Source of the DNA: Octopus bimaculoides
Taxonomy: Eukaryota
DNA length: 64,000 nucleotides
Direction: 5' to 3'
Assembly: GCF_001194135.2 (NCBI RefSeq)
Contig: NC_068983.1
Span: 109,628,032 to 109,692,031, forward strand
Shown piece after piece: positions 22,739 to 35,129 of the stretch. The translations under genes were made by a program, and so were the position numbers. The notes below the pieces were generated by a model that had not been told where the DNA came from, ran no database searches, and worked only from the letters and a program-made list of their open reading frames with translations. Positions within the stretch are counted from its first letter, which is position 1, and each line of letters starts with the position of its first letter.

Positions 22739-24699
22739 AACAACAAACAAGATGAGGAGAAATGTCCGTCAAATGTAAATAATGTAAATAATTTGCAATT
22801 ATATTCAGAAAATTACTAAAATAAATATAGCTAAAAATAAATGTTTCATTAATTTAAATCCATATAATGTTCATATGCTAAATGTACAAGTTATTTTCAA
22901 CATTTTATATAGTGAATAGGTTTTTTTCTTGTGCTTTTTATATAAGAAAGCTATCATTATATAAACAGTATAACGTATGTTGATTGGTAAAACTTTTAAT
23001 TTCTACTCATTTGATCCACATTCAGGTTTTCTTATTACATTATATAAACTGTAGGATTTTGAGAGATTTGAGGTCAAAAGAATTTTTTGCTAGGGCACGA
23101 ATATGAATATTACAGTATAATACTTATTTTCCTTTTGCTTAATTCAACCAGAAAGAAGCAAAGATTACAGTGATTTTCATTGCATAGAAATTTTATGTGT
23201 GCAAAATGATTGGTTTAAATTTATAAGTTGAAACACAATCTTTGAACTGAAAGAGAATACAGACGAATTGCTTTTGTTAAGGTACATCCTGTGAAAAGCT
23301 TACATCATGGAAACTTCAATAAAATGTTTGAAATAAAAGGTAAATTTTGCTTTGTACTTTTCAGACATAAACTTTTTATTTTTTTCCTTTCCATTTAAGC
23401 ACAAAGTAAATGGTATTAGGTATTAATAATAAAAAAAGAAAGCCCCATAATTTTCTTGGAAGAATTGTATTGGAACATTATATAGTTCAAAAGAAAAGTA
23501 TTCATGACACCACTTTGTTGAAAATCTGCTTGTTACTAAATCATCAGACAATTTATTTAGCAAGTACCCATGAAAATGTATTAAGTAGATATTGCACAAA
23601 TTTGAAAATCAGTGTATTTTCATTTACATAACTTTTAAATTTTTTGCATAACATACTGAACTTAACATTTGCTTCTCTTTATATAGTAATTCAAGAAGTA
23701 AGAAAATCATACAATTATTAAATATTGGAATTCTGTATAATTAACTGCAAGGAGTACTTTAATCTAAAGCCAATTATATGTTTAGTTTATAAGGAATTTA
23801 AGAATGGAACTTGACATTTGCTTGCTATTTTGAGCAAATCAATTTTTGGCTCTTTTCCTGGTTCATTATCAAATACTGAATTATTCTGTTACTAAATATA
23901 CTCATTAATTTTTTTTTTTACAATGATAATTCTCTTCATTATGTAGTATGATTGACTTTATAACTACTTTCTAAGATCACCCAACATTTTCCATTCACAT
24001 TCTGCTTTTTTTTATTGCATATGACTTTTGTAAGAAGAATCTCTTCATTCCACCCTATATATTTTAAACCATAGCCCAAATTTAATAAAACATTTTATTT
24101 CTTTTACATAGAACACTCTTCACAACATTGATATTCATCTTAATCCAAGAGACGGAAATTAGAAAAGCTGCATCTTTTCATCACATACATTAAAAGTTAT
24201 TTTTTAATAGTTTATATTTCATAATATTGTATCAAGAGTGGTCTCACAGAATAAAATATATGGTATATAAATGAAATTATAAGTATTCTATGATTCTGAT
24301 AGTTAATTAACAAATTTATAAAAACCACAAATGAAATTGCTAAGGTAAATTGAAAAGTATAGTCTTTAGATATTCTATTCCCATAGACATCTACACACAA
24401 CTATATTAGAAATGGCAGACACACACACACATACTAAGAAAGTTAAATGTTTCTTTCATAAATTCCCAAATTACACCAACTATTTAGAATAAAAACATTG
24501 TAAAAGTTAGTCTATTCACAAGGTAACCTGAACTTACTAAGCTATTGTACTTAGCATGTTCTTATTGTCTTGTCTTACCTTTTCTTCCATCACACTCTAA
24601 CCTCCCCTTCAACAAATCCTCATCCTTATCTATCTGCTTAATCTACATCTTGACCTTTTAACATTTTATTGACCTTTAAACATTTGCTTAATTTACTAC

Positions 24700-24779
24700 C
24701 TTGGGAAACATGAAACAGTTTCCCTTCATTGATATTCTTAACGAATTGTAGAATACATTTTGCACAATCCTTTATTTGG
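24700..24779 (-). CDS. Weak candidate coding exon
   Basis: Long polypyrimidine acceptor ending gtttcag, donor AAG|gtagta, one open frame QIKDCAKCILQFVKNINEGKLFHVSQ; no phase-matched neighbour found. Confidence 0.2.
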
Positions 24780-24928
24780 CTGAAACTTGTATGAAAACAA
24801 GGGAAACAAAAGATTTCTACATTGCTTGTACTGTGTAGTTCCAATATAATAGTTTCAGTGTAGTTGATCTTCACAATAAGTTTGACTCTACTATCAGTAA
24901 AACATTACATTAACAGAAAATACTTCGT

Positions 24929-25475
24929 TATTAGGTTGTTCAGAAAATAACGGCCGATTTTAAAAATAAGCCTATATTCTTGAAAAACTGAACGTATATC
25001 AAGGTTTAATTATTCAAAATGTGATCCCTGAACAGCTATGCATTTCTTCCATCGATTAAGAAGGTCATTTATGCCTCATTGATGAAAATCCAAAGGTTAT
25101 GGTTGAGCATTGTCGTGGAGCAGAATTGGACTACATCAATTAACAAATGCAGGTCTCATTTTTCCTAAAGTGAACATGTATTTCTTTCAGTTGTTTACAG
25201 AAAACTTCTAATGTAATGTTCTGGTTAGGTTCCAGAAAGCTGTATTGTTTTCAAATGTTGATCATTAAGGGTGGATGGATGCCCTCTATCTTCTTGATTT
25301 TCAAGGCTCTCATCCGCACTACAAAACCTCTCAAACCACCGTTTTACCGTCCAATCACTAGTGGACCCTTTTACCCTCATGCTCTGTTGATATTGACAGC
25401 TGTTTGGGAAGCATTATGTCCAAGCTTGAATTCATGCAAAAAAGTAAATGCAATTTTTTATTTTTTTCATGTTTG
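24929..25475 (-). mobile_element. Internally deleted mariner remnant
   Basis: Begins with mariner-type TIR TTAGGTTG; interior carries fragments similar to the element at 2597-3482. Confidence 0.55.
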
Positions 25476-25708
25476 AAATTAAGGATTTTTATGCTTCAAA
25501 AATATATTCTGAAAGAAACCAATACAAATTTATTAAAGAATACACATCAATTACTAAGCATGTAAAACTTTGTCTAAACAATCACAAAAATAACATCTTA
25601 AATTGAATTTGAAAAAATGTTTTGGAAAATCGCACAGTATTTTCTGAACAACTTAATACTATTCTTAGAATTGTCTTTTGCTAAAACAAAAACATCATTA
25701 TAGCATGC

Positions 25709-25739
<31 letters not shown>

Positions 25740-25849
25740 CACACTATTATCTGGCTAAAAAGACAAAACAAAATGACCATCCTGTAATATAACATTATCT
25801 GTTTCAATGCAAGATTTCACATTAGGAATCTTGCAAAACAAATACATAG

Positions 25850-25854
<5 letters not shown>

Positions 25855-25890
<36 letters not shown>

Positions 25891-26246
25891 NNNNNNNNNN
25901 NNNNNNNNNNNNNNNNNNNNNNNNNNNNNNNNNNNNNNNNNNNNNNNNNNNNNNNNNNNNNNNNNNNNNNNNNNNNNNNNNNNNNNNNNNNNNNNNNNNN
26001 NNNNNNNNNNNNNNNNNNNNNNNNNNNNNNNNNNNNNNNNNNNNNNNNNNNNNNNNNNNNNNNNNNNNNNNNNNNNNNNNNNNNNNNNNNNNNNNNNNNN
26101 NNNNNNNNNNNNNNNNNNNNNNNNNNNNNNNNNNNNNNNNNNNNNNNNNNNNNNNNNNNNNNNNNNNNNNNNNNNNNNNNNNNNNNNNNNNNNNNNNNNN
26201 NNNNNNNNNNNNNNNNNNNNNNNNNNNNNNNNNNNNNNNNNNNNNN

Positions 26247-26306
<60 letters not shown>

Positions 26307-26320
26307 TGTATGTGTGTGTA
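25855..26320. repeat. (TA)n / gap / (TG)n
   Basis: Microsatellites flanking an N run at 25891-26245. Confidence 0.95.
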
Positions 26321-27308
26321 CATATATCACAGGCATAGATGTGAGTTTATAAAATTCACTGCCCAACATCTATTAAAGCCTGGGGTTGAATTATGAATGC
26401 CTTGTAAGTACATTTGATAAATGGGAACTAAAAAAAGCTCATTGTATGTATACACCTGTGGGTGTCTATGTCTTTGTTAATATATTCTCTTAGTATCATG
26501 AACAAACAAGTGGCATTGTTATTCGCATTTCATCTGACAACAAATCATCAACTTTGAAAATGTGAAATAACAGACACTTGAGGTTTAGCAGTAGCAAGAT
26601 GATCCAGCTGTAAAAAACAATGTCTGTAGAATACATTTTCTCTTCCATGCTAATATAGAAAACAAAGACAAATATAAAAAACAAATGACATATATTGTGA
26701 TAATAATGATGATGATAATGATATATATGTACACACACACACATGCACGTGCTTCACATTCGTCAATATTACACCTCCACTCAGTTGAGGGACTTTCTTT
26801 ATGATTCACTAGGTAGCCTCACAAGTTGCAATGCCACAAAATCAGCACCTAGTATACTCTATGAAGTAGTTGGTGTTAGGAACAGCACCCAGTTATAAAA
26901 ACGTTGCCAAAGCAGACATTGACACTCAACACAGTCCTCTGGCTTGTTGGTGTCTTTCAAACTGTCCAACCTATGTCAGCATGAAAAAGAAACCTTAAAC
27001 AATGATAGCGATGATGACAATACATCTAGCTTCAGAGAAGTTTTTGTGTACCAAATATCACTCACACTCAAAGGTTTTGGGTAACCCAAAGCTATTGTAA
27101 GACACCTAGTGAAAACAAACCTGGAGCTGAGAGGTTAAAAAAGTGAAGGTTTTAGACACACAGCCATACTTGTACCCATTATATTATTTTGATATCTTAT
27201 GGCACATTATTTCATCTAACAGAAGTAATAGTAACGAAATGTTTTTCTCTTTACATTAAATATATAAATCAAAATATAATGGTATTATATAATAGAAATA
27301 CACATTAC

Positions 27309-27343
27309 CTTTTTCTTTGTTTTCAAAGAAATTGGAAACTTAC
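27309..27343 (-). other. Candidate 35-nt microexon starting with GTAAGT (AG|GT recursive-splice-like site)
   Basis: ttattgttttcttttatag|GTAAGTTTCC...AAAAAG|gtaatg. Confidence 0.3.
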
Positions 27344-29474
27344 CTATAAAAGAAAACAATAATAAAGATTAATATAAAATTTCATCTTTTTAATAATGTA
27401 ATATGTCTGAGGAAATTATAGAACTCATTTAAAAAGAATTTATATCTGCTGGGGAGCTCTTGTTTATGTTGTAATATTTTTAAAAACTAAAATATTTTTT
27501 TAATGTTTTATCTTTTGTAATTCAAAAGAGTCAAAAATTATTTGTACATGGAAGTATACATACATACATACATGCAGACAGACAGACATACATATGTGTT
27601 TCTGTGTTTGTGTGTATGTTTATATATATATAGTGTATGTATTTGTGTTACAGTACTTTTGATATAAAAATTGAAAAATAATAATGGCTTATAATAATGA
27701 CAGAAATAAAAAAAGCTAAACAATATGAAACATCCTGAAAATATCTCGAGTGTTGAGAATGTTACAAGACAAATTTATATATATGTATAAGTGTGTGTGT
27801 ATGCATGTGTGTATTTGTATAAAGTGAAATTAGATATAACAAATAACAATTTATTTAAAACAGAAAAGAGAAACAGCTCCTACATATTTGTGTATCTGTG
27901 TGTGGGCATGCATGTGCATGTATGTATACATATACACGTATGTCTAAATATGTGTGTGCATGTGTGCACGTGCATGCGTGTAATTTGATGATACTACGCA
28001 CGAAAATATTTGAACTACTGAAGAGTCTTTTGTGGAGAGTTTTTAAAATAAGTTTTATATATATATGCATTAATAATTAGTGCAATAAACCAGTCCATTT
28101 CCTGTAACTAAAAATCATAGATATTTGCTCTGCTGCTTACATTAAGCGATAGTTGGATATAATAGAAGCTCTTTACTTTATTTGAATACTGATAGGCACA
28201 TGTTTGTTTGTGTCAGTGAGTATGTGCATATCATCCTCATCATTTTGCATTTACTTTCCATTCAGGCATTGGTGAAACTACTTGACAGGATTCAGTGGTT
28301 CAGACAACCATGTTTTCCTCAGATATCTTCTTTTTAGCACGGATTCTATGATTGGATGACCTTCATAACACTGACCACGTTACAGATGTACCATGAGCAC
28401 TTTTTCATGACAGCAGCATTATAGAGCTTGCCTTGCTGTCTCTGAGACTAAAGAACACTCTCAAACCCTACAGGAGAATTAATATAAGAATCTCTCACAC
28501 ACTCACTCTCTCTCTCTCTCTCCATCTCCCTCTCTAATCCAATTACTCCTCAATACATACATATAAGCACACATCCCCCACCACACACATACATATACAT
28601 GCTTGTGTGTGTGTTTGTACATGTATAAAAATGTGTGTATGTATTTGTGATTATATAAAGACTCATATATACATACTTATATATATTTATATACAGACAT
28701 ATACACAAGTATATATATATATACATAACGTGAGAGAGTTAGGGGTTGGGGGTACAATCCCACATATATGTGTACATACACATGCACATGTAAGTGTGAG
28801 ATATATAAACAGATAGAAAATATATAGATATACCAGCATACACACATATATATATCCTATCATTATCATCATCATTGTAACATCCACATTTCCATGTTTG
28901 CTTGGTCAGATTAAATTTACTGAGGTAGATTTTCTAAGGGTGGATATTTTTCCTGGTGTTAATCCTCACTTGTTCTCAAGTGAGATAATATTTTCACTCA
29001 GCTGGACATGATTTCAGGGAATACTGAAAGTGAATGCCATTGTTTGTTTGATGGTGATGTGTGCTTACAACTATTATGTGATGTCAAAATGAGTTCTGGA
29101 TCCAGTCTCATTGCATGGCACCTCTTTCTTTTGTTGTCCTTTCTATCAATATATATATACATGCACACACATATATCATGCAAATATATAATTATCTATA
29201 ATATGTATGTGTGTATGTTATGTATGTACATGTACAGAGTGAGTCAGCTTTTAGACAACACCTTCTTCAAGAAGTCTTTCTTCTATTTTTCTTATTTTTA
29301 CTTTACTTTTCAGATAAATAATGTCAGATATTAGGTTGCTCAGCAAATGAATGTCCCTTAGGATTTTGTTTTATTTCTTCTGTGAATAATTTTTAATCAC
29401 ATCATTCAGTAAAACAATACCTACATAAAATATCTAAATTCATATTACTCACCCATTTGAGTTATTTTCCTTAG

Positions 29475-29606
29475 CTCAGCTTTAGCAATTATGCTAATTA
29501 CAACAGTTAAAATGCTAAAATTGTGTTCAACTCTTTCCCTACTTGTAGAATTGTTTGCCCTTTGTCTGGCAGGTTTGAGACAATTATGTTTTACCGATGA
29601 ACTTCT
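29475..29606 (+). CDS. Candidate coding exon (132 nt, phase 2 to 2); overlaps an equally plausible minus-strand candidate at 29453-29604
   Basis: Acceptor gttattttccttag, donor CT|gtaagg, open frame SALAIMLITTVKMLKLCSTLSLLVELFALCLAGLRQLCFTDEL; phase matches the 16440-16580 candidate. Confidence 0.3.
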
Positions 29607-29979
29607 GTAAGGCCAAATCATATATATCACTGTCGTGGCAACAAAAATCATATTTCTTCACGAGTATGAACATTTTCAATGAAGTTAGCTCTCAATATTT
29701 TTTATTACATCTATCCTTTTCTTTGAGATGCTAGGTTTTTATCTTCTTTCTGATCTAAGAATGAAATTGCAATTCACTGAATCTGTTTTTTTTTTTTTTT
29801 CTCACATCAGTCAGTACAGCATGACCTGCTGGAATTACTGAAATAAACAGTTTCTTAAAATTGCAGAAATTTTTTGAAATTCTGAAGAGTATGCATTTCC
29901 TTAAATTATTAATTTTTCATTTTGATACATATTTTACAAGGTACCTTGAATTTCAGTTTGCTATATGATAACTAATCAT

Positions 29980-30330
29980 ATTTCATAACTAGAAAAGCAC
30001 TTGGAGAGCACAGACCTCTGCCAAACAGCTCATTTCTACCCATGTACATGCATGCTGAAAATCACCCAATTTCCCAAACCAACACTGGCAAAAACTTAAC
30101 CTCCTTGGTGGGGGTAAAAAAATAAAATAATACAGCCATATGATTTTTAAAAAACCCTTTAAAAACAGGAATCCAAGCCTCAGACGAATTTTAAAGATAG
30201 GCAATGTTGATGGAATATTTTCCACATCCTACAGATCATATGGAGATCACAACAGCGGTGGAGGGAGTAAAGCTTGAGCTTTTTGAGTCGATTCCAATAG
30301 TCAAGGCTTCCGCAGACCTCCGTCAAGCAG
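29980..30330 (-). mobile_element. CR1 LINE 3' end fragment
   Basis: DYWNRLKKLKLYSLHRCCDLHMICRMWKIF matches the CR1 ORF2 C-terminal Y..RL..L.L.SL..RR motif. Confidence 0.8.
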
Positions 30331-30972
30331 CTCATTTTAAGATAGATATGCAAGTAAAATTACTAATAGAGAAACGAAAATAGACTTTGGAAACAGCAAT
30401 GCCACCTTAGGTTATACGGAAACAATGAACGCGTTTTCAAGGGAGATAATCAAAGAACGTAACATTGTAATACTTCATGTAAAGTTATAACAAATGAAAA
30501 ATCCTTCAAGAATCCATAAAAATTCCCAGATCACTAACAAAATTTAATCATCTGTTCCTTGTGACATTACCAACTTTTCCTGCAAGTTTCATCAAATACT
30601 GTTCACAACCTTTTGAGTTATTTTGCAGATGGACAAACCAACGCCAATGAAAACATAACCTCCTTCCTTGGCAGAGGTAAAAAGCATAGGGCTTTAGATT
30701 TTACTAATTAAGTTTTCAGTTTATGATCAAGAACATTTCAGTGTTAAATAAGCTATATTGCTTTGTGAACTAACAGATTCAGGATATTTCAATTACCTTT
30801 CTAGATATGAATTTGAAATATTTTCTTTAAGAAATTTCAACAGTTATCTTGAAAGTACACTTCAGTTATATTTCATTTCGTTATTATTCATATACGTTTG
30901 ACTATGAGAACAGTGAATAATCCCCAAAGAAAAAATTTTACAGAATAAGCACAATTTTCTTTTTACCTTCAG

Positions 30973-31089
30973 AAAGAGATGGAAAATCTCACTAAGAAGG
31001 ATCCAGTAACTGAGAAAATACTTTTAGATAGATGTCAAAAGATGATAGTCAATGTAAAAAGTCAAGCTAGATTTTATCATATAACTTAA
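30973..31089 (+). CDS. Candidate terminal coding exon
   Basis: Acceptor ttttctttttaccttcag, then KEMENLTKKDPVTEKILLDRCQKMIVNVKSQARFYHIT*; the phase link to upstream candidates is unresolved. Confidence 0.3.
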   Translation, partial: KEMENLTKKDPVTEKILLDRCQKMIVNVKSQARFYHIT

Positions 31090-31544
31090 AGATGCAGGGA
31101 AATATAACCTTAAATTTTTTTTTATAGATTTCTGTTTGAGAGAACTTGTGATCTGGGAAAAATATAGCACTAAATCAAAATAAAATCCACATTAGTGGCT
31201 TCTGAGAAATACAAATGGTTTTAGAAATGGGAATCACATCTACAATGGTTTGATGTTTAAATGCAGAAGCATGCTCCTGCTTTTATGGTGAGAGATAATG
31301 ATATTGATTTGACTGGATTGCATAATAAAATAAATGAAGATGGATAAAGATACATGCATGTGGCAAATGACTAGAAGATAGAAGATTTGGTGGTTAAACG
31401 TAAAAAGCACAAATATGCTGGATAGTCAACATTTAAAGCATTTCAATAATATTTTATTCAAGTTAGTGTTAAATAGTTGAGCAAGATTTGACAATATTTT
31501 AGAGTGCAGTGCTTCCAAATTTACTGTCTACTCTAATATTCGTT

Positions 31545-32224
31545 TCAAGTTTTGGCACAAGGCCAGCAATTTGAGGGGAGGGGTAAGTTGATTACATCAG
31601 CCCCAGTGCTCAATTGGTACTTATTTTATCAACCTCAAGAAGATGAAAGGCAAAGTCAATCTCAGTGAAATTAGAACTCAGAGCATAAAGATGAATGAAG
31701 CATTTTGCCCAACATACTAATGATTCTGCCAGCTTGATGCTTTACTGTCTACTCTAATATTCATACACAGTAGTTATTTTGGCTCCCTGAAAATTTGAAA
31801 TATGAATATAATTTAAATGATAAGAATAGAATATCAGTTGACCCTTAATAAAAACAGATACATTTAAAAGAATAATCAGTACAAATTCCAAAATTTAATT
31901 ATAATATAATGATCATGAAGTCACAGAGAAAGAACATTGAAGGGAAACTTTCAACTCATGTCAGAAACTACAAGACCAAATGAATAAAACAATAAAGACC
32001 GGAAATTTGGTGGGAGGGGGCTAGTCGATTACATCAACCCCAGTTTTCAACTGATATTTATTTCATCAACCCTGGAAGGATGAATGGCAAAGTAAACCTT
32101 GGCAGTATTTGAACTCAGAATGTAAAGATGGACGAAATACTGTTAAGCATATTTTGTGGTATGTTAAAAATTCTATCAGTTTGCTACCTCAATAATAATA
32201 ATAATAATAATAATAATATTAATG

Positions 32225-32262
<38 letters not shown>

Positions 32263-34042
32263 GGATTCAAATTTTGAATTCAAAGGGCAACAATTCTAAG
32301 AGAGAGGATGAGTCGATTACATCGATCCCAGTTTTCAACTGGTACTTATTTTATCAACCACAAAAGGATGAAGGCAAAATTGATCTTGGTGGAATTTGAC
32401 CTCAGAACATAGTGACAAGCAAAATACCACGAAGTATTTCATCCAGCATGCTAACGATTCTGCCAGCTTGCTGCCTTGATAATGATAATAATAATAATCC
32501 TTTCTACTGTAGGCACAAGGTCTGAAATTTGGGGGAATAGATTAAGTCAATTACATCGACCCAGTACATATCTGGTACTTATTTAATTGCCCCTGAAAGG
32601 AAGAAAGGCAAAGTCGACCTCAGCAGAAATTGAAAAATAATAACAATAATAAATCTGAAACAAGAAAGTGAATCACTGATTACAGCTGCTCAAAAACACA
32701 CCATTAAAACAAATCTCATAAGCACATAGATTGATTATCCCCAATTAGACAACAGGTACAAAATGTCGGAAAGCTGACAAAAGTATTGACCATCTCCAAA
32801 ACAAGTACAATAATCTAGCATACAAAATGTATAAATGCAAGTTAAACTGTATCACCAAAAATGAGTATTAGGATGTTAGCCAGTTTGTAGATTTGATATG
32901 TAAGAAAAATAGTATGAACAAGAGCTAGAGGCTGTCATGGTGAACAAATAATTGCAGGACTTTATGGGAGTTCTTCATAGAAAATAAGCATACTATGAAG
33001 CAAGCTGATGAGATATGATTGTGGAGAAGAGAAAGAACAGTGTGAGATCATTGACTTCACAATCCTATATGATAGAAGAGTTAATATGAAAGAAACAGAA
33101 GACATAGAAAAATTAGGGAAAATATAGATTTTGAGTGTTCTTGTGGTAATTAATGCTCTTTGTACAATACACAAACTACTACCTTAGAGTTTGGCTGATG
33201 TTGGAATCAAGACACATATTGTTGATCTTTGATCTTCAGAAAAGTGCCATCCTATATTCTGCAAAAATCCTCACAATGATTCTTGAGATCAGAGGAGACT
33301 TGTTCTCACCAAATCTCAGAGTGACATCCTTCAGAATAACAACAGAATTGTGGTTTCTAATTTAGGTACAAAGCCAGAAATTTTCAGGGAATGGGACTAG
33401 TTAATATCACTGACTCTAGTCCTTAACTGGTTCTTTATTTTATCAATCCTGAAAATATGAAGCAACAAGTTGGGAATGACAGGAATTGAAGCACATTTTT
33501 TCCAATGATTTCAACAATAATAACAATAATAATCCTTTCTACTAAAGGCACAAAAACTGAAATCTTTGGGGAGGGGACTAGTCGATTACATCAATCCCAG
33601 TATTTCCCTGGTAACTTAATTTATTGACCCTAAAAAGATTAAAGGCAAAGTCAACCTTGGCAGAATTTGAACTTAGAACATAAGGGTGGACGAAATGCTG
33701 CTAAACCAATTGCCCAGCATGCTAATGAGTCTGCCATGAGGAAGGGTGCATAGGTGACATGCACACAGGCAGGGGATGATTGGGCTTTTTCGATGGGGGT
33801 AGCCGCGAGTGCTGGATGTGTGAGTGCTTTGACAAGGTGAGGGGCAGCAACTGCTATTTTTAGCATTTTGGCTTGGGCCTCGTGGAAGGGTACGTTACCA
33901 CAGGAGAGGTCTGCATCGATGAAGAGAAGGTAGGTGTCTTACTTCTAATCTCCAGCATTCACCACATGCCAGCTTGTTGCCTTAATAATAATAATAATAA
34001 TAATAATAATAGTAATAATAATAATAATAATTAATAAAAATG

Positions 34043-34075
<33 letters not shown>
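31545..34075 (-). mobile_element. Cluster of at least 6 co-oriented tRNA-derived SINE copies separated by (AAT)n
   Basis: Copies at about 31545-31740 (22-bp TSD TTTACTGTCTACTCTAATATTC at 31520 and 31741), 31995-32190, 32262-32478, 32498-32635, 33345-33490 and 33530-33985; the minus strand shows a GGCA/CGAGCTGGCAGAA head, a GAGTTCAAAT B-box and an (ATT)n tail. Confidence 0.85.
32660..33345 (+). mobile_element. R4/Dong-like non-LTR retrotransposon 3' fragment (restriction-like endonuclease type)
   Basis: ESLITAAQ.HTIKTN, KCRK..KSIDHL and later ID..I...NI..KE.E.IEK remnants; a second fragment lies on the minus strand at about 39330-40260 (LVKTMKYIIVPVAAY). Confidence 0.7.
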
Positions 34076-34077
<2 letters not shown>

Positions 34078-34602
34078 TTTTTTCTTTATTAACCACAAGG
34101 CTCAATGAGATTCAAAAATAGTTGTGGAACAAAGAAAACACAAAAATGAGAAGAGGGATAAAAAAAACATTGTATTATATATATACTTGAAGAGATTAAA
34201 GATTTATAAAACACAAAATTTACATGTAAATATTCATAAGAAAGTAAGTTAAAATTAAGTATCACTATAGATTGCTGTGCAAAGGTGACACGCACATTTG
34301 AACCCACAAAAATACACTTTTTGCTTCATTATTTTCATGTCAAAATAAACTTTTTTGCATAGAAAATTATATATAATTTGAAAGTTCTGGATTTGCACGT
34401 TCTTCACATATAGTTTAAATTAAAATCCGACAGTTACATACCATGTCAGGGTCCTTCAAACATCCTGGTATTTTTATGTTTTTACAAAGTTTGTCCCACT
34501 TTTTTTCCCCCTTTTGTACTAATGAACAGTAGCTTTCGTTCTAGTTCAAGAGCAAGTGCTATAACTTGAATTATTTCAAAAATCATACACTCATGAACTG
34601 GA

Positions 34603-34812
34603 ATGTTTTTGCTTTCATTTGATATAAAAATCGATGGAGGTATGTCAGATAATCGTTACAAAGTATAAAAGTGAAAATTTTATCTTTAATTTTCACTTAG
34701 AAGAAAATATATTTTCTTCAAGATTTTTATATCATAAGGAAAAAAAAAAAAACTCTTGCAAATTTAATATGGTCACTGCTAAATCTGGTCATGATATGGC
34801 AAAAAGTGCCAG
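34603..34812 (+). other. Two weak candidate exons (34603-34639 MFLLSFDIKIDG; 34701-34812) with a 61-nt intron
   Basis: Donors GAG|gtatgt and CAG|gtaagt, acceptor ttttcacttag; frames join; product unrecognisable, could be non-coding. Confidence 0.2.
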
Positions 34813-35129
34813 GTAAGTAAAGAGGGAATTCATTAGTTTGACCCTGCTTGTCAAACTGATGAATTCGCGTGCTGTGCAAGTGTGCACCATCATAAATATT
34901 GAGTTTGAGCTAGAATTTCAAGAAATGGATGAACTAATTACTAAGTAAACATATTTCTCTAAAAATTGCACTAAAATGAGCCTAGACTTAGCATGGAGTC
35001 ATCATATTGAGAATGTTGTTTATTCAATCTTGCTGTTTTAATGAGTAGATGTAAATTTGACCGCTATTGAGAAATATTGGTGAAATTTCACCAATAAAAA
35101 TTGTATGTGCAATGAATATAATTTTGTAG

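Larger units (their letters stand above)
21715..22800. mobile_element. Foldback element of two inverted Penelope-like termini; left arm interrupted by a roughly 550-bp repeat in its (ATT)n tract
   Basis: 21745-21905 plus 22462-22552 is the reverse complement of 22571-22790; apex spacer about 18 nt; 21910-22460 is an unrelated insert. Confidence 0.75.

Noticed and set aside
26496-29604. Minus-strand gene model chaining 62.3 kb, 61.2 kb, 29.5 kb, 27.3 kb and 26.6 kb candidates
   Set aside because: Phases can be matched, but the product is not protein-family-like, and such chains arise by chance in AT-rich DNA; only individual candidates are reported.
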